Shown: in pieces, positions 1 through 9,895 of the stretch
Layout: each line of letters opens with the position of its first letter
Numbering within the stretch: position 1 is the stretch's first letter
Source: an uncultured Pseudomonadota bacterium
GTDB lineage: Bacteria > Oederibacteriota > Muellerivitia > Muellerivitales > Muellerivitaceae
Direction of reading: 5' to 3'
Length of the DNA stretch: 37,696 nucleotides
Assembly (NCBI GenBank): GCA_963843375.1
Contig: CAWJKT010000031.1
Coordinates: 1-37,696, forward strand
Translations under genes and position numbers: made by a program
Notes under the pieces: generated by a model
What the model saw: the letters and a program-made list of their open reading frames with translations, nothing else
The model's database searches: none
What the model was told of the DNA's origin: nothing

Positions 1-1013
1 CACCCCCGCCGCCAGCGCCTGCGCCAGCGTGCCGATTCCGCCATGATGCACGACGACGGCGACCCGGGGCAGCAGCCGGCTGAACGGCGCGTAGTCCAAC
101 GCCAGCACCGTCGCCGGCAACTGCGCCGGCAGCTGGCTGACGCGCCGGTCACGAAAATGGCGCGCGCGCCCAAGCGGTCGCAGGCCGCCTGCGCCGTCGA
201 AAAAAACTCTCGGCCGTGCGCCATGGCGCTGCCCGGCGTGAACAGCACGGGCGGCGGCCCGTCCGCCAGAAATCGCTCCAAGCTCGGGTGTGAGGTCCTG
301 CCGGTCGCCCGGATCATACAGCGGAAAACCGGCGAGCCGGCAGCGCGGCGGCCAGTCGGGCTGCGGCGGACCGAACCATTCGGGAAACAGTCCCAGCACC
401 GCGTCCGGCGAATGCATCCACTCCCGCCCGAGACTGCGCGGAGGCGCGACTCCGGCGCGGGCGCAGGCGGCGCGCACGGCCGGTCCGGCCGCCCGGTCGA
501 GCGGATTCGCCAGGGCGAAGAACGCCCGTTTCAGCCAGCGGGGCAGCCGGCCGAACCATCCAGGTGCGCCCGCATCACCGGTGTGTCGTACAGGCTCATG
601 AACACCGCCGGCTGCAGGTGGATCGTGACCAAAGGCAGGCCGAGTTTCTCCCGCGCCACGCGCGCCCCGAGGGCGAGGAGGGAGCCGACCAGCACCACCT
701 CGCCGTCGGTCGGCGCCACCGTGGCGCGGATGACCTCGAAGTATTCCGCGGCCGCCCGGCCGGCGAATCCGAGCGTGAGGTTCAGGGCGCGCCCGGGATG
801 CCACAGATCGGGATTCCGGATGACGCGCTCGTAATCGCCCGGCGCGCCGACCGTGACGAAGGGCAGGCCGGCGCGCCGGGCCGCGCGGTCGAACGGGGGC
901 GCGACGACGATGGTCACGGTGTGTCCGCGCTCCATCAGGCTGCGGCCGATCCAGAGAAACGGATGCACGTCCCCGGCGCTGCCGAACGGCGTGAGAATGT
1001 AATGTCGCTGCAT
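1..1013 (-). CDS. GT1-family glycosyltransferase (RhlB/UGT-like); 3' end runs off the window; about 3 apparent frameshifts
   Basis: N-terminal FGSAGDVHP motif. Reading across frames gives LFPEWFGPPQPDWP, PPVLFTPGSAM and the C-terminal DYAPFSRLLPRVAVVVHHGGIGTLAQALAAG nucleotide-sugar motif. Frame changes near 560, 280 and 143. Confidence 0.85.
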
Positions 1014-1036
1014 GACCGGCCGCACGCGGCCCGCGC

Positions 1037-1459
1037 TCAGATGCTGTATTTCGCCCTGATGTCCCCGGGGATCGGGACCGCGCGGTTGGTCGCCAGGTTG
1101 ATCAGCTTGTACTCGGCGTGCCCGTTGAGGCAGCGCTTGCCGGTTTCCTTCTTCTCAAGCTCAAAACGCACCCTGACCCCGTCGGCATCCGGCAGAAAAT
1201 CCTCGATCCAGGTGCGCACCACGAAGCGCTCGCCCAGGCCGAGCGGGCGCAGGAAATCCATCGCGATGCCGGTCATGTACCAGCCCAGGCCGCGCCGGAT
1301 GAACTCGTCCCAGGACATGCCATAGCACCGCGCCATCTGGTCGTAGCGGGCCGCGAGCACGTAGTCCATGTAGCGGCTGCTGTGGACGTGCTGGAACAGA
1401 TCGATGTCATCCGGCCGCACCTGCAGCTCGGATTCGAATTTCGCGTAGACGTTCATCAT
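1037..1459 (-). CDS. Acyl-CoA thioesterase, 4HBT/YbgC hot-dog family
   Basis: VRPDDIDLFQHVHSSRYMDY motif and DFLRPL strand; about 140 aa from ATG at 1459. Confidence 0.85.
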   Translation of the reverse strand: MMNVYAKFESELQVRPDDIDLFQHVHSSRYMDYVLAARYDQMARCYGMSWDEFIRRGLGWYMTGIAMDFLRPLGLGERFVVRTWIEDFLPDADGVRVRFELEKKETGKRCLNGHAEYKLINLATNRAVPIPGDIRAKYSI

Positions 1460-1532
1460 CGCGGGGAACCTCAGCCCGCCGGAGGCCGGAGGCAAAACCA
1501 TCTTTTCACCGCCCCGGCCGGCCGCGCGCCGG

Positions 1533-1928
1533 TCAGGTCTCAAACAGGCGGTCGAGGAGCCGGCGGTCCCGCTTGGTCGGGCGGCCCGAGCCTTTGGCGC
1601 GGGCCAGAAGCTGCTGCACCCGCTGGGCGCGCGCCATTTCGTATTCGGCCGGCGGCGTCTGATCCTCGCAATAAGTGGCGACGAGGCTCGCGCCGACGCG
1701 CGACGGGGGCACGGCCCGGACCCTGAGGGTGCGGTGGATGAGCCCCAGGCGGACGACGACCAGATCGCCGGGCCGGATGTCCCGCGAGGGCTTCGCCGGC
1801 TGGCCGTTCACCGTGACGCTGCCCGCACGGCAGGCGTCCGTCGCCAGGCTGCGCGTGCGAAAGCTGCGCACGGCCCAGAGCCATTTGTCGATGCGTTCCG
1901 CCTCGGGAGACAGGGCCACGGCCACCAC
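1533..1928 (-). CDS. hslR: Ribosome-associated heat shock protein Hsp15 (S4 domain)
   Basis: RIDKWLWAVRSFRTRSLA...VNGQPAKPS and C-terminal GRPTKRDRR signature. Exact start uncertain. Confidence 0.9.
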   Translation of the reverse strand: MVAVALSPEAERIDKWLWAVRSFRTRSLATDACRAGSVTVNGQPAKPSRDIRPGDLVVVRLGLIHRTLRVRAVPPSRVGASLVATYCEDQTPPAEYEMARAQRVQQLLARAKGSGRPTKRDRRLLDRLFET

Positions 1929-1973
1929 CCTAGCGTGGCGCGGGTGGCGCGCAAAAAAAATCCTTCCGGGTCG

Positions 1974-2504
1974 TCAGCTCTTTTGCGGGCGGCGAAATTC
2001 CGCGCTGAACCAGTCGCGCAGGAGGTCCTTTTCGTAGCGCAGGTAGTCGTCCGGCGGCCACGCCGTCCGCATGTGGAAGGCGAGATCGGTGAGCTCGCGC
2101 TGGCCCGAATTGACGACGTTGCCCCTGGCGTCCGTCAGGCTGAACTCCAGTTTGATGCGCGGCGGATAGATCGCCCGCACGATGCGGACATCCTCGAACT
2201 GCGGACCCAGCTGGGGTTCGAATTCGCCCGCCAGGTCAATGTCGGTGATCTTGATCTCCAAGTGCTGGTCCGCCGGAACGTAGCGCTCACCCGTTTCCTG
2301 CAGGAACGTCCGGAGCTGGTCCATCAGGTCGGAGGGAGGCGGCGTCGCCCCACGCGTGCGCTTGAAATCGGTGAACTTCTGCGGCTCGACAAAAACGACC
2401 GAAACGCGCGCCGTGGGTTTGGACGCCGCCGGGGGGGTGGCGAGAACCAGCCCGGCGCCGGCGGTCGAGAGCAGCGCGGCAAGGATGATTACTTTTGATT
2501 TCAT
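1974..2504 (-). CDS. DUF3016 family exported protein
   Basis: Signal peptide MKSKVIILAALLST; motifs PQKFTD, ITDIDLAGEFEP, DVRIVRAIYPPRI and LRYEKDLLRDW. Real start is ATG 2504, not the 2828 ORF extension. Confidence 0.85.
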   Translation of the reverse strand: MKSKVIILAALLSTAGAGLVLATPPAASKPTARVSVVFVEPQKFTDFKRTRGATPPPSDLMDQLRTFLQETGERYVPADQHLEIKITDIDLAGEFEPQLGPQFEDVRIVRAIYPPRIKLEFSLTDARGNVVNSGQRELTDLAFHMRTAWPPDDYLRYEKDLLRDWFSAEFRRPQKS

Positions 2505-2642
2505 GGTCTGGCTGGGTTGGACGCAATATACACCCAAAGGGGTCCCGGGCCCAGCCGCCAATGGGTTTCCCGGCGGCGGCCCTTGATCACGCCGGGGCGG
2601 CTTGCCCAAGCCCAGACGGCGCCACATCATCCAACCCTGTCC

Positions 2643-2672
2643 TTGACACTCCGGAATGGCTCTGGTCAACCT
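2643..2672 (+). promoter_or_regulatory. Putative sigma70 promoter of rpmH
   Basis: Exact TTGACA at 2643-2648 and a weak -10 (CAACCT) 18 bp downstream, ending about 25 nt before the rpmH ATG. Confidence 0.4.
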
Positions 2673-2696
2673 CGACCCTCTTTTTTCGACAAGCCC

Positions 2697-2747
2697 ATGC
2701 AACCCACATTTCGCCCCCATCGCAAGAAGCGTGCCCGCCGCATCGGT
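2697..2747 (+). pseudogene. rpmH: 5' fragment (17 codons) of 50S ribosomal protein L34, truncated at the junction
   Basis: Translates to [17 protein letters not shown], matching the L34 N-terminus (MKRTFQPS..KR.R.HGFR.RM). It then continues KTVP* instead of FRAR. Confidence 0.8.
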
Positions 2748-5700
2748 AAAACCGTTCCCTGAGGAACATAACCTGCCACCTGGGCCTGATAGGTAAAGTT
2801 GTAGATCCCCACAGGGAGCGAACCCCAACTCACCGTCAATGTCTTTGTGGCGGCGTTATAAACCGTCGCCCCTCCAGATGGAATAGTCCCAAAACCGACG
2901 AAACTCAGATAGGGCGGAAGCACGTCGCTGACTATCACGTTGTTGGCCGGTCCGGCTGGAACGTTCAAACTGACCGTATAGGTAATGATGTCGTTGACAT
3001 CGGCCACCGTTTCGGAAGCCGTCTTGCTGATGTCAACATCCGGGGTTGGGGTGAAGGTCATAGTTGGAGTCCATGTGGTTGTGGGGGTGGGTGTGTTGGT
3101 AAAGGTATTGGTGGAAGTCGGGGTGGGGGTACTGGTGAATGTATTCGTGGGTGTAAAGCTATTGGTTGGAGTGGAACTGGCGGTAAAGGTTTTGGTGTTC
3201 GTTGGTGTGTTGGTCAGGGTGTAAGTATTCGTATTCGTGAAAGTCTGGGTGACCGTTAAGGTTTCAGTGTTCGTGACCGTCGCGGTGGGGGTACTCGTCG
3301 GTACGGGAGTCGTGGTATTAGTCGCGGTGGAGGTTTCAGTAGGGGTGGCCGTGTTGGTGGCGGTATTAGTCGGTGTATAGGTATTGGTGTTCGTCGAAGA
3401 AGCCGTATTCGTTGGGGTATTCGTAGGGCTGGAGGTTGAGGTATTGGTACAAGTTGCCGTTGAAGTATTGCTGTTGGTTGGAGTCGAGGTGGGGGTTTGG
3501 GTTGGGACAGGAGTCGTTGTATTGGTCGCGCTGAATGTCGCGGTCAAGGTAGCCGTATTGGTGGAAGTATTGGTGCCGGTCAAGGTGGCAGTATTCGTTG
3601 GAGTACTGGTCAAGGTGAAAGTGAAAATCGGCGTATTGGTGGAAGTGGGGGTGGGGGTATTAGTAGGCGTATTGGTTTGAGTGTCAGTGGAAGTTGCGGT
3701 GGGAGTATTGGTTTCACTAGGTGTAGCCGTATTGGTGAAAGTGCTGGTTGGCGTGTTGGTGACCGTTGCCGTTGAAGTCAGGGTGAGAGTGTTCGTCGTC
3801 GTGGCCGTAACAGTGGATGTCGCGGTGTTAGTGGGCGTACTCGTGTCCGTAGGCGTAATGATGGCCGTATTCGTCGGTGTCAGTGTAATTGTATTGGTAG
3901 CCGTATTCGTCGCGGTGTTGGTTGGAGTCTTTGTAGCGCTGTTAGTAGCCGTATTCGTCGCGGTTGAGGTTGAGGTATCGGTCGGAGTGTTAGTGGTAGT
4001 TGAAGTTGGAGTGGTCGTAGGCGAATTGGTTGAGGTGTTGGTGGGGCTATTGGTACGGGTTGGGGTTGCGGTATTCGTCGTCGTGGCCGTAACAGTGGAT
4101 GTCGCGGTGTTGGTAGGCGTGCTCGTATCCGTGGGCGTAATGATGGCCGTATTCGTCGGTGTCAGTGTAATTGTATTGGTAGCCGTATTCGTGGTGGTGT
4201 TGGTTGGAGTCGCTGTAGTGGTGTTAGTAACCGTATTTGTCGCGGTTGAGGTTGCGGTATTGGTCGAAGTATTGGTGGGTGTATTGGTAGTCGTCATGGT
4301 TGGAGTATTAGTTGTAGTTGGAGTTGGTGTGGTCGTGGGCGTGTTGGTTGAAGTGTAGGTCGGGCTATTGGTGCGGGTTGAGGTTGAGGTATTCGTCGAC
4401 GTGGCCGTGACAGTGGATGTCGCTGTGTTAGTGGCCGTACTCGTGTCCGTGGACGTAATGATGGCCGTATTTGTTGGAGTCATCGTAATCGTATTGGTAG
4501 CCGTATTCGTAGCGGTGTTCGTCGAAGTAGTTGTGGTGGTATTGGTTGTCGTGGCGGTCGCCGTGTTGGTCGTCGTGGCCGTAGCGGTGCGTGTAGTCGT
4601 GAGGGTGGCTGAATTGGTGGTGCTGGCGGTTGTGGTTGCGGTGGCGGAGTTAGTCGCTGAGGCCGTTGTCGTGGCAGTGGCGCTATTCGTAGCTGAGGCA
4701 GTGGCTGAATTAGTGGCGCTGGCGGTTGTAGTTGCGGTGGCGGAGTTGGTCGCTGAGGCCGTGGTTGTATTGGTGGGGGTGGCTGTCGCTGTGTTCACCA
4801 ACGTATTGGTGGGAGTATTGGTAAGGGTTGGCGTGGGAGTCCGGGTTGGCGTATTTGTGGGGGTATTGGTGGGGGTAGGAGTAGACGTATTCGTGGGGGT
4901 GTTCGTCGGTGTGGGAGTAGGGGTATTGGTAGGAGTGTTGGATCGACTGGGGGTAGGTGTATTTGTGGGTGTTGAAGTCGTTGTGTTAGTGGTGGTGGCT
5001 GAAGCCGTGGAGGTTGCCGAATTAGTCGTGGTGCTGGTAGCGGAAGATGTTGTGGAACTGGTAGTCGTCGCGGTGGCCGAGTTGGTTGTAGTCGCGGAAG
5101 CCGTGGAGGTGGCCGAACTGGTCGTGGTACTCGTGGTGGTGGCCGAGGCCGTGCGCGTGGTCGTGGCGGTGGCTGAATTAGTGGCGCTGGCGGTTGTAGT
5201 TGCGGTGGCGGAGTTAGTCGCTGAGGCCGTGGCTGTATTGGTGGGGGTGGCTGTCGCCGAGTTAGTGGCGCTGGCGGTTGCCGTTTTGGTTGCGCTGGGT
5301 GTGGGCGTGGAGGTGGGAGTGGGTGTTGTCGTGTTGGTAGGTGTTTTAGTGGGTGTATTGGTGGGCGTCGGAGTAGCGCAGTTACCGGTAAATTGGAAAG
5401 ACTGGAAGCTTGAATTTTCGCAATTGGTGGAGACTATACCCATATATCCGCTGGTACAACCGCTACCCGTGAAAGTTGCCGAGGCCGTGGCCGAGCCGAG
5501 TCCCGCCTGTGAGGTGGCGAGGGTCACGATATATTGGCAACTACTGTTAATGACCACCTGCACCCAAGAGGGACAGCTGCTGATGGGTGATCCCGCCGGA
5601 AGCGTCGCCGTGGCAACCGTTGAAGCAGCCGATGAGGTTTTGGAACCACTGTAAGTCACCCAATACAAGGTGCCAGTGTTGGATGACCCGTTGTTAAAGA

Positions 5701-7027
5701 ATTGAAGGCCGTAGGCATCCCCCGTCGTCTGACTGTATCCAAAAACCAACCCGCCGAAGTTGCCGCCATTCGTGCTCGTGCACATCGAAACCTGCAGGGT
5801 CCCCGGACCGCTTTGAACCTGGTTGTTCAATAAGAAATTATTGAGTCCATTACAACCCGAACTCATTGAAACCGACCCTCCCGATTCACTATAAGTTCCC
5901 TCGCCCGGCGGATTGATTCCAGACACCCATCCGGATGGTACGAAGGTGCCGTTGAAACTCGTGGTCACTGAGCATTGTTGGGTCGGATTACACTCATATT
6001 GCGCCACAATGGCCTGCTGCCAGAAACTCGACTTGGCATATTGAGTACCACTCACATTTAATCCCCATTGCAAGCTCATGGCACCGCTCTGGAAATTCGA
6101 ACCCAAGTCATAGTTTCTGTCCCGGTCGGAGGAGCCCGACCCGCTGCCGGGACAATTCAAGACGCCAGGGGCGCTGGTATAAACCGGGGGCCCGCCATTG
6201 TTGGTACCGCCGGTATTGGTCGCGGGTCCCGAACCATAGGGGTCGACTTGATCGACGTCCCCGTTAGTGCCGGACCAACATTCTTCCGCCCCGCCCACGA
6301 CCGACATTTGGGTATCCGAAGTGGAACAATCCATCCCCAAACAGGACCAGTTCAAATCGGCGTCAGGAGGAGCGGCGCCGTAAACAATCTCCCCGTTTTC
6401 TTCGATGTGCCAGGCGCTGTTGCCATCGGCTATAGCCACGGCGTCGGTGCTGGTGACTGCGGGGTTGGTGTAAAGCTCCACCAACGATTCACCCGCACAG
6501 CTGCCGCCGGGAGTCACGGGATAAACATATTGTTCTCCCCCTGAACCAGCGGTTCCGCCTAAAAGGGTCGGACTGATGGTATAACGAATGTTGTAAAAGG
6601 TATTAGCGTAGCCGCCATAGGTGACTCCCGCCCCTTCTTGCGTTCCCGCGGGCGTAGTCGACCCGTTAAAAGTCACTCCTGTCAGCACGGGCGGCGCGCC
6701 GTTCGAACCATAGTCGTATTCGATATAAAGGTAAGCCGTTACCGGTGTGGCACCAGGAGGTAGAGTAACGGTGAGTGATTGACCACATGTGCCGCCGACA
6801 ACTGTCTCCTGCAAACCAACTCCCTCGGCCACTAATTGTTGCGTTTGAGAAGTACCCGGTGCGGGATTGCCTGAGGAACAACCGGTATTGAAAGTAACTT
6901 GGGAGAAAGATCGACCAGCGCTTAAAAGGGAAATCGCAAAAATAAAAAACTTACAAAGATTCAATCTGAAACTTTGTTGGGACATTTTTAAAAAATCTTG
7001 ATCGGTTACAGATACTTTTTTCATCAA
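2748..7027 (-). CDS. Giant secreted/surface protein: signal peptide, Cys/Gly-rich domains, about 780-aa Thr-rich stalk, DUF11-like domain truncated at the junction
   Basis: Hydrophobic leader [17 protein letters not shown] (start 7027 or 6985). About 16 Cys in the first 550 aa. T-x-T-x repeats at about 3040-5377. ISKTAS...DIITYTVSL...NVIVSDVLP is DUF11-like. The ORF tail after QGTVL is unrelated sequence. Confidence 0.85.
3040..5377 (-). repeat. Low-complexity coding repeat (TPTNT/TATNS units) with three longer internal duplications
   Basis: Near-identical 130-140 bp blocks at about 3792-3929, 4074-4211 and 4392-4518, encoding TNTATNTIT(L/M)TPTNTAIIT(P/S)TDTST(P/A)[11 protein letters not shown]. 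Confidence 0.9.
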
Positions 7028-7090
7028 CCACCATCTGTCAATTTTTAAAATACCCTTATGCCATCTGTTGTGGTTTATCGCTTCAAATCA

Positions 7091-7290
7091 ATTTGGCTCA
7101 AAATGATTTAAGCCAAATAACGTTTTTCTTCCCTCCCATAAGCTTTTTACGCTTAACTAAATCTGCTTTCTCGTTCATCTTTTAGACGGATAACTTGTTT
7201 TTTAATCCGAAGGATTGTGAAAGTGTTGTGAAAGCGGTATTGAAAGTTTTAAATGTTACTTTGTTACCTTGACTATAATAATACCGCTTT
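7091..7290. promoter_or_regulatory. Divergent AT-rich control region with inverted and direct repeats
   Basis: Inverted repeat ATTTGGCTCAAA-N4-TTTAAGCCAAAT (7091-7118). TGAAAG at 7218, 7229 and 7241. Perfect 11-bp inverted repeat 7231-7241/7280-7290. TATAAT at 7274-7279. Confidence 0.5.
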
Positions 7291-7492
7291 TGCGATAAAA
7301 CTATGATTTTGGAGCCGAAAAGGGCCAAACGGTTTCCTAAAGCAAATTCGAAGGTTTTTGTGCACTTTTTAGATGTAAGAGTTCGCAAGGCTTAAAATAG
7401 AAATGTAATGTTATGATTTGCTTGCTCAAAGGCTTCCCAGGGGAGCACATCTTCATGCTTTTTGCGGTCCTTGATAAAATCAAAAGGTAAGA

Positions 7493-8707
7493 ATGATGAG
7501 AATTCCAAAAATTTTGAGCCTTATTGCCTTTGGATTTTTTGGGGCCGCTTCATTGACCTATGGGGATTACGGTTGTCATTTCACCATGGGCTCTCGTCTG
7601 TTCACGCCGTTAAACACCGAAGATAAAAAAATCTCTTTCCGCTTCACCGCTCAGGAAGCGATGAACCTCATCGCCGTTTCTTTTTATTGTGAAAAAACCC
7701 AAAAACCTCCCGCCTATAAGATCAGCCTCCAAGAAGATAAAAATGGACTGCCCGATTTAAAACCCTTAGAAACTTCCAGCGTTACCCCGAAAGGAGGTTG
7801 CTGGATTACCGTTCCCATCAACGACCTTACGCTTCTCTCCGGGAAGGTGTATCACCTGGTGATTGAACAAGACGCCACAAGGGGTGGCCAGCACAAAGTG
7901 GGAATTATTGATGACAACCATTTTGCTTCCATTTCGTACGGTGACCATCTCAATTCCTTTAATCCCAGGGCCGAGACTGTTGATCCACAACTGAATGTAT
8001 TGGTAAGCGAGAATGGAAAATGGAAGACACTCAACCGTCAACCCCTCTTCGCTCTTCATGGAAGCGGCTCCAAACTCCAGGGCGTACCCTATGACGAATT
8101 TGGCGAACTTCCCATCCACGGTGGCGCACCTGGTGACCACTCGAACGACCTCATTCAGGGGGAAGCCTTGCACCCCCATGAGGGTTTGACAGCCACGGGA
8201 TTCGCCATCCATGTTCGAAAAATCGGCGCTCCTACCGCTCCGCTCAATTACCGGGTCTATTCCATCAACTTCATGCAGCATAAAACCACCCTCGCATTTT
8301 CAGGTGAAGCCCTTCTTCCGTCGCAAGCCCCGGTTTCCTATGAGTGGGTGACCATCGGTATCAAAAAGGAAGACCATCCCCAGACTTTTCCTCCAGAGTG
8401 CCGTTACGTCGTTTTCCAAACCGATTCCGGCCGTGGGATATCCGATTCCCCCGGATGCGAGGATTGTTATGTACTATCGGAAGTTGGAAACTCCGGCGGA
8501 CTTGCGGGGGCTGCGGATCTAAGCTTCGACGGCGGCGCCCATCTTTCCCGGGAAGTCACCTCAACCGACGGCTGGAAAACTTGGGAGGATGCTTTTGAAC
8601 GGGATGCGAACGTGATTATCTTGGGTCCTAAAGGCTCAAACTCGGAATTGCCGGTGCCTGGACCCATTCCCACGCCTGCCCCCGTCATTATGGATGTCGT
8701 TCCGTGA
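7493..8707 (+). CDS. Hypothetical secreted protein, probably two related beta-rich domains
   Basis: 404-aa ORF with signal peptide. Both halves contain similar motifs (GCWITVPI / YEWVTIGI). Pro-rich tail; stop overlaps the next start (GTGA). Confidence 0.75.
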   Translation: MMRIPKILSLIAFGFFGAASLTYGDYGCHFTMGSRLFTPLNTEDKKISFRFTAQEAMNLIAVSFYCEKTQKPPAYKISLQEDKNGLPDLKPLETSSVTPKGGCWITVPINDLTLLSGKVYHLVIEQDATRGGQHKVGIIDDNHFASISYGDHLNSFNPRAETVDPQLNVLVSENGKWKTLNRQPLFALHGSGSKLQGVPYDEFGELPIHGGAPGDHSNDLIQGEALHPHEGLTATGFAIHVRKIGAPTAPLNYRVYSINFMQHKTTLAFSGEALLPSQAPVSYEWVTIGIKKEDHPQTFPPECRYVVFQTDSGRGISDSPGCEDCYVLSEVGNSGGLAGAADLSFDGGAHLSREVTSTDGWKTWEDAFERDANVIILGPKGSNSELPVPGPIPTPAPVIMDVVP

Positions 8708-9871
8708 ACCGTCCGAAATTTATAAAATCATCCCCAAAATCGGTGCTATGCGCCTTTTCGCTTTTGGCTCTTCTCTTTCTCTCAAGAAACTTTTCCTATG
8801 CGGAACAAATTATCGATACCGAGGATCCCTTAAAGGTTTCCAAAAACACTGCCTATACGCGATTGAAAAGCGGCTATTTCTCCGACGCCCTCTCCGCGGG
8901 CGAAGACGCTTTAAAAATGGCGGAAGAACCGTTATGGCCCCACCCATCCGGACATAGTCCCCTTCCTCATCGATCTCGCTACCATTCATCGATACATGGC
9001 CCATTATGTCGATGCCGAAGCCGCTCTCAAATGGGGCATGGCCCTTCAAGAAAAAGCATTCGGCCAGGATAATCTCCAAATAGCGCAAACTTTGGACCAA
9101 TTAACCGCCCTTTATTCGGATTGGGGCCGCTGGCAAGACGCCGAATACTATGGAAAAAGAGCGGTAAGCATCCTGCAAAAGGATGAAACGAACCCGGCTG
9201 ACAGCCTCCCCCAAGTTCTCGATCATCTTGGAACAGTTGAAATGGAAATGGGCGACGCTATTGAAGCCCAAGAGCTATTGCAAAAAAGCCTTAAGCTTCA
9301 AGAGAAGGGCCCCAATATCGATCCCCAGCTCATCATCCCAACCCTCGAACATCTTTCCCGGGTTTACGAATCAACCAAGCATTTCTCCGACGCTCAAAAC
9401 TGTCTTCAGAAGATTTTGGATATTTCAAAGAAAAATTACCCCGCCGATTCGGTTCAACAAGCGGATGCCATGGAATTATTGGGAAATTTTTACCGATCCC
9501 AAAAACAAAATGAAAAAGCCGAAAGCTTATTCCTATCCGCTCTTCCTATTTATCAGCGGTTCGTGGGCGTTTATTTTGGCTATTCGACTTTGGACTATGT
9601 TCGGAAGTTAGCAAAAGCCTATGAATCACTAGGTAAAAACAAAGAAGCGGAAGTGTTACTTCAAAAGAGCCAACCAACCCTCAAAAGCGTTTTCGGACCC
9701 AGCCACCCCCGCGTAGCTTTAGGTTTGCTGGATTTAGCCCAAGTGGAAGAGGCCTTGGATCAAAAATCCTTAGCCCAGGAAGATCTAAAGGAAGCGCTGG
9801 TGATTGCCCAATCTTTTTTCGCGGACACCCATCCCCTGGTGGTTAAAATCCAAAAACAGCTCCATTCATGA
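8704..9871 (+). CDS. Exported tetratricopeptide repeat protein (kinesin-light-chain-like TPRs); one apparent frameshift
   Basis: Removing one C at 8929 joins ORF 8704 to ORF 8996, giving ...AEERYGPTHPDIVPFLIDLATIHRYMAHY. Repeated G..HP.VA..L..LA motifs. Confidence 0.85.
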
Positions 9872-9895
9872 CCCATCCCACCACCCACAAAACCC

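Noticed and set aside
43..2586. Many long overlapping + strand ORFs in the GC-rich part
   Set aside because: Stop-poor shadows of recognisable minus-strand genes in high-GC DNA.
2505..2696. Possible oriC next to rpmH
   Set aside because: No DnaA boxes (TTATCCACA) seen, no dnaA, and the region is GC-rich.
1..2747. GC-rich segment as a genomic island or mobile element
   Set aside because: It carries core genes (hslR, rpmH) and no mobility genes or flanking repeats. A chimera explains it better.
2505..2828. 110-aa N-terminal extension of DUF3016 and the C-terminal tail of the 1453-aa ORF
   Set aside because: Both are read-through across the junction. The DUF3016 signal peptide starts at 2504.
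3040..5377. Repetitive DNA as a possible CRISPR array or ice-nucleation gene
   Set aside because: No constant repeat with unique spacers, no cas genes, and no AGYGSTxT-type units. The repeats are in-frame coding sequence.
2985..5654. Long Val-rich + strand ORFs (up to 428 aa) that look like membrane proteins
   Set aside because: They are antisense shadows of the Thr (ACN) codons of the giant protein and have no independent signals.
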